Shown one piece after another: positions 22,301 to 33,300 of a DNA stretch of 49,747 nucleotides. Under the pieces are notes generated by a model. That model made no database searches. It saw only the letters and a program-made list of their open reading frames with translations, and was not told the origin of the DNA. Position 1 is the stretch's first letter. The number at the start of each line of letters is the position of its first letter. Origin of the DNA: Octopus bimaculoides (lineage: Eukaryota); the NCBI RefSeq assembly GCF_001194135.2, contig NC_068986.1:10598266-10648012 (forward strand), in the 5' to 3' direction. The position numbers and the translations under genes were made by a program.

Positions 22301-24352
22301 CATTTTGTCATTGCATAACTCATATATTTAAGCAGTGTTGGGGCTGCCTTATGTGGAGTGACTCCAATATCCACGAATATGGAATGCTATTGAAAACCTT
22401 CTTGTAATCCATCCATACCATGCTGAGACTCGTTTCCATCTTTTTGTAGTTTTCAACAATGGCCTTATACACTTGTAGCTGTACTTTACAGCCATACATC
22501 CCTTCTAGCACCCCTTTTGAACTTCTGGAAAGACATCAGTTTCCAGATGTTTAATAAGTATATAATTAACACGAGTGTTTTGTATGTTGTTGGTAGGCAT
22601 TTTATGGGCCTGTAATTTTGTGAATGTATGATGTTTTTGTTTTTAGGGATCAAGAACAGTTTCCTCACCAGTGTCAAATCAGCTGTTGATTCTGATTGGC
22701 TTAGTATTTAATTAAATGCAGATGTTGTATGTACATGGCTACAGATGAGGTGTTTTAACCAGAAGCCAGGGACCATATCTCTTCTTTTCTAGTTGCTGAT
22801 GGCTCTCAGTGTCTTAGTGATTTCCTCACTACTGATGGTTGACCATATCTGTGCTGTTATTAGGCTTTTTTTAAAATTCCGGTTCCCTTCTTGTCCATTG
22901 TGTATTTTTGTTACATGAAACTGTCAAACCCATACAGCCATGGGAAATGGACAGTAAATGATGATGATGATCTCTCACTCTAAGTTGTGATTAAGAAGTC
23001 AGACCAAATAGTGATATTTTGAAATGATTTAGTATGTACATACTAAACTCCGCTTGCAAAGACCTGTTGAGGGAAGTGAAATCAAACCAAATTCGACGAC
23101 TGGCACCCATGTAAACCTCTCCTTCATTGGACACTGAACTTGACTTGCGAGACCTGTTGAGGCAAGTGAATGTGAAATCATATTGGCATCTGTAACAGTG
23201 GAGCGCTAAGAGCACCGTCGGAGCGTGATCATTGCCAGAGCAACTGTCTGGCTTCCATGCCAGTGGCATGTAAATAGCACCATTCGAGTGTGATCGTTAC
23301 CAGCATCACCTTACTGGCACTTGTGCCAGTGGCACATGAAAAAACATTCGAGCAAGGTTGTTGCCAGTGCCACTGGACTGGCTCCTGTGCAGATGGCACG
23401 TAAAATATACCATTTTGAGCGTGGCCGTTGCCAGTACCACCTGACTGGCCTTCGTGCCGGTGGCACGTAAAAGCACCCACTATACTCTCGGAGTGGTTGG
23501 TGTTAGGAAGGGCATCCAGCTGTAGAAACTCTGCCAAATCAGATTGGAGCCTGGCGTAGCCATCTGGTTCGCCAGTCCTCAGTCAAATCGTCCAACCCAT
23601 GCTAGCATGGAAAGCAGACGTTAAACGATGATAATGATGATTTCAGGTCTGTGTAACATATAAAAGAAATTGCATCCATTATGTAAGATCTTCCTCAGTT
23701 AAAACTTTTAAAGAATGTTTACATAATGAATGCATATCCTATTATATATATTACGCAAACCTGAAACGTGTGTATTAAATAATTTCAAAATATCATTATT
23801 TGGTTTGACTTCATTATCACAACTAATAAACTCGAAACCAGTACAAACCAGCTGTCCACTTATCTGGAGTAATTTGTTGATTTAAGTCAAAAATTTTAGT
23901 ACCATGCACCACTTCTTAGTATAACACGAAATTTATGTTTAAGTGTGTTTGTGTATAAATTCCAATCATGTTTTTTTTTTAAGAAGCTCAATTATTTTTT
24001 CCAACCTTCCTTTTCCAGGTTGTGTCTCGTAATGCCATGTTACAGTGCTGCAGACAACATTATTGCTACCAAACTTGTCACCGTTTTCCCACAAAACAAA
24101 GATATTCCTTCCCACGATGCTGCCATTGTTGTATTTAGCAGCACCAATGGTAAACTTTTGAGTGTAGGTTTCTGTTTTTTCAAATCTAACAACAGCACTT
24201 AGCTTTCTTTAATTGTACACCCATTCTTAGATATATATGTATATATTGCCCAGGTGTCGAAACCATAATGATATCCGTGGGGCAGCTGATGATGGAGGTA
24301 TGTTGGATTGTTGGTATGGCTGTGGAATAGTATAATAACACATCCTTTTGAG

Positions 24353-24386
<34 letters not shown>

Positions 24387-27300
24387 GCAATTATGTGAAT
24401 AAACAAATCAAGACAAGAAGCCCTCAGCTGGAAGATGGAGAAGTACTGAAGGAGGTGTTTTTGTGCAGGTTGGGAGACTAACACTTTAGCATTTAACCCT
24501 TTTGATACCAACCCAGCTAAAACCACCTTAGCTCTGTAGTACAAATGTTTTTGTTTTCATAAGTTTTGAATTAAAATCTTCCGCCAAACCTTAAGTCACA
24601 ATTTATGTTCCTAACACTAGCTGAATGAGAACCAAGTTATTGTACTAAATTCTTTGTTATATTTAAAATGAATTAAAAGAAACACAGAGCATCTCAACAG
24701 AAATACAGTAACGAAAGAGTTAAACAGAATATTACAGAGTGGATATACTAAAGTGTTTTTGTTCATGAATCAATTTGATAAGCATTGACCTGGGTCCCAA
24801 CAACCAGCAGGGGTCACTGTTCACTTTTTATTTCTTTATATCTTGAGCCTTTAGTTAGAAATGCTTTTTCTTTTTTTTTTTCATTTTGATAATATTGTTG
24901 CTGTGTGGTAAGAAGTCTGCTTCCCAACCAAATGGTTTTTTGGGTTCAATCCTACTGTGTTACACTTTAGGCATGGGTCTTCTTCGCTAGCCCTGGGCCA
25001 ACCAAAGCCTTGTCAGTGGATTTGGTATAGGGAAATTGAAAGAAGCCTGTTACACATACACACACAGATATATGTATGCATGTTACTGTTTGTCCCACCA
25101 ATTCTCCCCTTTTGTCCCTAGTACCCACATAAAATTTCACACTGCTCTCAGGGGGCTGTACCATCCACTTTTAGAAGCCCTGATTGTGTCTTGAGCAAGT
25201 TCATCTACGACATCCACTTCAAAGTTCTTCTGTTGATTTGATAAGTGTCCAGATTGTTGGTGCCGTTGTTGTTGTTGATGGTAACAAAGACATCGTGATG
25301 TGTTTTTTTGTTTTTGTTTTGCTATGAGTGGTGGTGTCCATGGGTGAGATAACAATGATTGCATTCTTCCTGTTGTTTAACCCTAGGTCAAGCCTGAAAA
25401 AACTGGATTATGATCAAAATCGTTCCAATCATGATCATTTTGTATTTCAAGGACTATGTTATCCAATGTGCCCTTCTTTTTTCAAGTGTGTGATTGGAAT
25501 GTGATTTGGCTGCAGTTCTTGTAACTTGTAATATTCCTTGTCTGTAGGTGATTGATGGAAAAGTGATCACAGCAATGAGGACGGCAGCAGTGACGGTTAT
25601 TGCAACAAAGGTAATTATTCTATAGATTCTTTATCCAATATAAACACAAATATGGGGCAGAACAACAGTGGACCTACTGTCAACATGCAAATCTATCATT
25701 CTTTTTAACTCTTTCATTACCAACCCAGCTGGTAACCAGTTCTGGCTCTGAGTACAAATGTCTTGTTTTCATAAGTTTTGAATTAAAATCTTCCACCAAA
25801 TCTTAGTTACAATTTATGTTCCTAACATTAGCTGAATGATAACTAAGTTATTTTACTAAATTCTTTGTTATATTTAAAGTAATTGAAAGAAACACAGAAC
25901 ATCTCAACAGAAATATTGTAACAAAAGGGTTAAAATATAAAATAGAGAAACAATTCTTAACCCTTTTGATACCAACCTGGTTGAAACTGCCTATGGCTCT
26001 GTAGTACAAATGTTTTGTTTTTCTAAGTTTTGAATTAAAATCTTCCACCAAACCTTAGTCACAATTTATGTTCCTAACACTAGCTGAATGATAACTAAGT
26101 TATTTTGCAAAATTCTTTGTTATATTTAAAATTAATTGAAGGAAACAGAGCATCTCAAAATAAATACAGTAACGAAAGGGTTAAAGTAAGATACTGTAGA
26201 TCTTTCTTTTTCTTTTTTAATTGTTGTGATTATTCAAGACATCAGTGTTTTATTCTTTTTTTTTTTCTTATATCAGAAGTGACAAATTGTCATCCAGGAA
26301 TTTGAATGGCTGTGAATACATGCCCATAAGTGCAGGAACAAAATTTGATTAGTGGGTACAAACTTAGTTTTTCAAGAGGATGTTCAAAGCATTTTCATTG
26401 TCCCTCGACAAAATTTTAGGGAATGCACTTGCTCCTCCTGCACCCCTTGTTCCTGAACCTATGTACTTACTGTTGAGAAGGCCCCAAAAGACCGAAATGT
26501 ATCTGGTGTTCTTGCTAGCTACTGCTGGGAAAATGTTTGTCTCCTCTAATATTTATTGTGTTTTTAACACAGCAAGTCCATAAGAGAGTTTATTTCAGGA
26601 CAAATACCACAGTGACTGGTCTATTGACAGTGCATACATTTAGTATGATACAAAGATAACTGTTTTAATTTAATACTGCTTCAATTGCATATATACCAGA
26701 GTTTTAATTGTACTATTTTATGATAAAATTATTTTCCAGAAATTTTGGGGTAGGGAGGGGGCAGTCGATTAGATCGACACCAGTATGCAACTGGTACTTA
26801 ATTTATCAACCCCAAAAGGATGAAAGGTAAAGTTGATTTTGACAGAATTTGAACTCAGAATATAAAGACAAACGAAATACCACTAAGCATTTTGCCCAGC
26901 GTGCTAACGTTTCTACCAGTTTGCCTCATATATACATTGAGTTGATTTTACTGCTCCCTGGTGGCACATGTAGAAAGGTGGTATAATACATTTCCTCTGC
27001 TAGGGTAGAGAACTCTTTCATGTTTTCCTTGTCTCATCTACAAACAAATATTCATGTCCTAATCCCAGCCTAATTACCAATTAATTTAATGAATCTAATT
27101 TACTTTTATTTTTTTCCTTCAGTATCTATCGGTGCCAGAACCTAAAGTTTTGGCCATTATTGGTTCAGGTGTGCAGGCTAGATCCCACTTTGCTGCTTTT
27201 ACGAGAGCCTTCAAATTTTCTCAGGTAAAGTATTTGTTTCTGTTCCTCGTCAGTGTGGTGGTGGTGGTGGTGGTGGTGGTGGCATCGGCACAGAAATGGT

Positions 27301-30300
27301 AGACAAAATGTTTTGTAATATTTACTTATGCTGTAATTCAAATCCTGCTCTGTGGAGGCATGTAGCTTGGTGGTTAGAATGTTGGACTCATGATCATAAG
27401 ATTGTGGTTTCAATTCCTGGACCGAGCAACACATTGTGTTCTTGAGCAAGATACTTCATTTCATGTTGCTCCAGTTCACTCAGCTGGCAAAAATGAGTAA
27501 CACTGCGACAGACTAGCGTCCCATCCAGGAGGTGAATTTATCCGCCACTGAAACTGGGAAACTGACATTTATGAGTTGTTGTGAATTGAGAAGGTAACTT
27601 TACCTTAAATCCTGCTCTGGTTAATTTCACTGTTAATCCTAGCAAATAAGGACTGTTTGTGGCCCTGAGATTGGTGCAGTTGACTGTTCCTATAACTTTA
27701 TGGCATTGTCATCATCATCATCATCATCGTTTAACGTCCGCTTTCCATGCTAGCATGGGTTGGACGATTTGACTGAGGACTGGTGAAACCGGATGGCAAC
27801 ACCAGGCTCCAGTCTGATTTGGCAGAGTTTCTACAGCTGGATGCCCTTCCAAGTGAATTTTTTTTTTTTTATACTGGTTCATGGCCTAGTGGTTAGGATG
27901 TTGCTCTCACAGTCATAAGATCATGCCGGTGCCATTTGAAAAGCACCCAGTACACTCTGTAAAGTGGTTGGCATTAGAAAGGGTATCCAGCTATGGAAAG
28001 CATGCCAAAACAGACTATGGAATTTGAAGTGGATCCTGGCCTTACCAGCTCCAGCCAAACTGTCCAACCCATGCCAGTGTGGAAAAATAGAGGTTAAATG
28101 ATTCAGTGTGTCCTTGAGCAAAACACTTCATTTCACATTGCTCCAGTTCACACAGTTGTAAATGAGTTCCAACAGCAACACTTGGGAAGTTAACCCTGCA
28201 AAGGACTGGCATTCCATTCAGGAGGAGTGTTGTAATCTCAGTCACTTATACACCATGCAAACCAGATTAAGCTCCGACCTCACAAGTCCTAGGACTCGTA
28301 ACAGAACTCAGTCCCACTGGTTTTAGTCATTGGACTGCAGCCCTTTTGGGGTACAGCCTTCAAAAGTCCAACTAATCATGCCATGTCCTCCCCATCTACT
28401 TCTAAGTCTTTCTGGTACTTCTTGTAGTGATCCATTTTTGTTAAATGTAATCCCCTACACTGTCTCCAACTTCACTGTTTTAGATGCCATAAAAGATACT
28501 ATGGAAGAATTATCCAAATTCACTTTCTGACATTCTTGTGTTCTAGGTAAATGTTTGGAGTAGAAATAATGCAAACGCCAAAATGTTTGGTGATGACACT
28601 GGAGCGAAAGTGTGTGGCACCGTAGAAGAAGCTGTCAAAGATGCTGACATTATTGTTACTGCCACAGCAAGCAAACAACCTCTTTTAATGAAAGACTGGG
28701 TCAAAGCTGGTGCTCACATTAATGGTTCGTATAAATAGAGATGCTTAGAAGATAATTGTCTATGTGTGTGTGTGTGTGTTTATACACTCACTCGGCCCTG
28801 CACTGAACTTCCCCCCCCCACTACTCTTATCTTCCTAACACTCCTCACCTGCTGTAATCATACAAGAGCAGAATCTGCACATAATCCATACCGTCCCCCC
28901 CCCTCCTTGTGCTACCAATTATGTCTTCTTCTCACTAAAACTGCTTCTATTTCTCAACTATCTCCTCTCATTCTCAATATCATCCTTTCCCATTCCATTT
29001 CTCTGCCTCCAGTTATTTCTCTGTCTCCCCTGAGTGCCATTTTTGGACTGTCATACCCCATCTGTTGTCTGCTATCATTCTCGACATCCTCTCATATGTT
29101 GATGGCTTCCCCTATCTTTGTTCTTCACTCACCATAGCCACCCTTACATACCTCTAACAACTATCTGTCTCACTGTACATCTCTCTCTCAAGCCCCCCCC
29201 CCTCTTTCTATCTCACCCTACACCTCATTTCCATAATTCCTAATCTATGCTGTGACTGCAAATTACTCCGTCGTTTCCAGACAAATCTTTTGAAGAATAT
29301 GATATCCAGTATGTCCTTTCTTTAACCCTTTTGATATCAATCCATCTAATTCCCATTTTAAAGTTATCTAAATTAAAATCTTCCATCAAGATTCCATGTC
29401 AGCTTCTGTTCTAAATTCCACGCAAGTTCATTATTTTCTAATTAATTGAAACAAAAATTGTGTATTTCACCAGAAATATGCTGTCTTTGTAAATGCACAA
29501 CTATACGTTTCCTGGTCTTGATGACGTTACTTGTCTGCTTTTCAAACATGGCAGGCTCTTTCTACTGCACCAGGTTTCACTGTGTTTCCACTTCTGCCAT
29601 AATAACTGTGTTATTTGAGAACAGTGACAAAATAGCCAGCGTTGTTCTCCTGTTCAAAGAAGGTGACCATACATCACCAGTCAATTATAATGCAGTGAAA
29701 CTCACAAGTTTTGTCACCAAATTGATGGAGTTGTGCATCAAAAAGAGACTCTTTAAATTCCAGAATTCTCATAACTTTATTCAACCCTCACAATTTGGGC
29801 TAATCCCCAACTCCAGCTACAGTAGTTGCCAACTCATTAAATTTATAGAAGGTATCACACAGGAGCAATAAACACTGAAAATGTGCAGAAAACAACCTTT
29901 GCCACACTCCAGGGAGAAAAACTAGAAGTAGTTGATAGCTTCTGCTACCTAGGTGACCAAGTTTGTAGCGGGGGAGGGTGCACTGAAAGTGTAGCTGCTA
30001 GAATAAGAATAGCCTGGGCAAAGTTTACAGAGCTCTTACCTCTGCTGGTGACAAGGGGCCTCTCACTCAGAGTAAAAGGCAGACTGTATGATGCATGTGT
30101 ACGAACAGCCATGCTACATGGCAGTGAAACATGAGCTGTGACTGCTGAGGACATGCGTAAGCTCGCAAGAAACAAAGGCAGTATGCTCCGATGGATGTGT
30201 AATGTCAGTGTGCATACTCGACAGAGTGTAAGTACCTTGAGAGAAAAGTTGAACCTAAGATGCATCAGTTGTGGTGTGCAAGAGAGACGATTGCGCTGGT

Positions 30301-33300
30301 ATGGTCATGTGGCAAGAATGGATGGGGATAGCTGTGTGAAAAAGTGCCACACCCTAGCAGTTGAGGGAACCTGTGGAAGAGGAAGACTTGGGATGAGGTG
30401 GTGAAGCACAACCTTCGAACTTTAGGCCTCACCTAGGCAAAGACCAGTGACCGGGAACTTTGGAAATATGCAGTACGTGAGAAGGCCCGGCAAGGCAAGT
30501 GGGAACATAATCTGTGGCTTCTGCCAGAAGTGTAGCCAGCTCACTTATTCATATCTTTACTTCATTGGACACTAAACTCTGCTTGCGAAGACCTGTTGAG
30601 GCAAGTGAATCTGAAATCGAAATCAAACCAAATTTGACGACTGGCACCCATGCCAACCTCTCCTTCATTGGACACTAAACTCTGCTTGTGAAGACCTGTT
30701 GAAGCAGGTGAAATTGAAATCGTAATTTAACTATATTCGATGACTGGCACCTGTGCCAGTGGAGCGCTAACAGCACTGTCTGAGCATGTTCATTGCCAGA
30801 GCAGCGGTCTGGCTTCCCTGCCAGTGGCCCGTAAATAGCACCAGTTGAGTGTGATCGTTACCAGCGTCGCCTTCTAGCACTTGTGCTGGTGGCACATTAG
30901 AAAATCATTCGAGCGAGGTCATTGCCAGTGCCACTGGACTGGCTCCATGTAGGTGGCACGTAAAAAACATCTTTTTGAGCGTGGCCGTTGCCAGTACCGT
31001 GTAACTGGCCCTCGTGCCGGTGGCACGTAAAAGCATCCACTACACCCTCTGAGTGGTTGGCATTAGGAAGGGCATCCAGCTGTAGAAACTCTGCCAGATC
31101 AGATTGGAGCCTGGTGCAGCCTCCTGGCTTGCCAGTCCTCAGTCAAATCATCCAACCCATGCTAGCATGGAAAGCAGACGTTAAATGATGATGATGATGA
31201 TGATGATCACCTGAATTGCAGACAGCAGCTCATGGGTGGATTTGATCTATCTCACCTTCACCAAAGCTTTTAATTCTGTACCACACAAATGACTTATGGT
31301 GGAGCTCTTTGCAATGGATGTGTAGCGTAGATTCTGTAGATGTGAAGGCTAATCTTTGTCACTGTTTGAAGTCGTTCATTCTGTGTTGAAAAGCAGTAGC
31401 CAAAACACTAGGACAACATTCTACATCTTATGTGATGACATCTGATGTCCCACAGGGATCTCTTCTGGGTCCCATGTTGTGTGTTTCATATATTAATGAA
31501 ATAGATGTTAACTTGAATATGCAGGTGACATTATGTGATACCTTGATATAAAAAGAATGGATTTTTGCTTTAAGCACTTTTTAGATTGATCAATAAGTAT
31601 AGGGGAATGTGGATAAATGAGTGATTGAATGAATGTGGGTGATATATCTGCTATTACTAAACTGTTAAGAATGGATGAAGGGAGACATTAAGGGGTGATG
31701 CCCCAAAAGTGAGGGACTTGAAATAGGGCTTGTTTTGCATGGACAGTGATTGTGAATGGATGCATGAGAAGCCTATCCATATCAGGAAGAGTACAGAGAG
31801 TGTCACAGTGTTGACCAAGTTCTATTTGGAGTTTAAGGAGTTCCCTTTTCAGGGGTCGTTTGCCAGCTCAAGGCAACAGTCCTCTTTTCTACCTTTCACA
31901 CCACAAAATCCTTTGTTTTTAATCTTATTAAGATGGATATGTGATTGTGTATATATATATATATATATAGATATATATATATATATGAGACATTCTGCCG
32001 TTGTTTGAACTGTTACATAAATCTCGTTGCAGCCGTTGGAGCCCCAATAGGTGAATGTCAAGAAGTAGACTCAGAGTTGACCAGGTCTTCAATAGTTTAT
32101 GTCGAAGATTATGATATGGCCTATAAATACAGCGGTGAGCTTGGTGCTTCAAAGGTAAAGATTGGCTTACATGTTTTGTAGCTAAATGTTTTTTGTTCAG
32201 TTGTTGTTGTTGTTAATTGTTTAACCCCAGGTCAACCTGATGATCAAAGTCTTTCTAACCATGACTGGTCAAGCATAGAATATATAGGTAATTTAATGTG
32301 TCCTGTATTGAAAACAGTGATTTGGCTCGTATTTCTAAACTGGCAGAATCATTAGCAGACCAGGCAAAATGGTTGGCAGCATTTTGTCTGCCTTTACATT
32401 CTGAGTTCAAATTCTGTTGGGATCAACTTTGCCTTTCACCCTTTTGGGGTTGATAAAATAAGTACCAGTTGAGCACTGGGACCAAAGTATTCAGCCTACT
32501 CTCCAACAAAATTTCTAGCTTTGTGCCAAAATTTAAAACCGTTATTACAAGTGGCTTCATTTGTTTGCAATCTTCTGTAAGAACTATTGTGGGTTGGCAA
32601 TAAGAATGATATCTGGCTGTTGAGAATCTGCCTCAGAAAATTTCCTGTGACCCATTCAAGCATTAAATGGATGATGATGATGATGATGGATTTGTTAGTT
32701 CATTGTCTTGCCTGTTCAGCTACTTGCTCAGGAGGCAACTAGTCCAGTATGTTTTGATTGAAGATCTCAAAATAAACAGCATCTTATTTGTTCTGTTCAA
32801 ATCAGAAATTTGGTTTCTGTTCATAAAGATCCTGGGGTCAATTTGCTCGACTAAAGGCGGTGCTCCAGCATGGCCGCAGTCAAATGACTGAAACAAGTAA
32901 AAGTGTAACTGCACAGATGTTATTCGTTAACTGGGGTTTTATAAATACCCTTCCAATTTGAATTTACTTGTAGGCTTGAAGGCTTCAAAATCAGATTGGC
33001 TCCAACCATGATATATAAAAGTTTTGACACTATTAGATGCTTCATGAGCATAGGTTCAGGAACAGGGGGTGCAAGTGTAACCCCTAAAACTTTTGTGGGG
33101 CAATGAAAACGCTTTGAACATCCTAAAAAACTGGGTTTGCATTCCCTAAGCAAATTTCAGTTATGTCTACACCTTTTCTGAGTTCAAATTCACTACAAAT
33201 ATTTCATTGTCTCAGTTCACTAAGATATGAAAAATTGTCCCCCCTCCCTTGCCAGTTTGAGTCAGAAGAGCTGGTCACCCACTGATGGATACTTCTGCTC

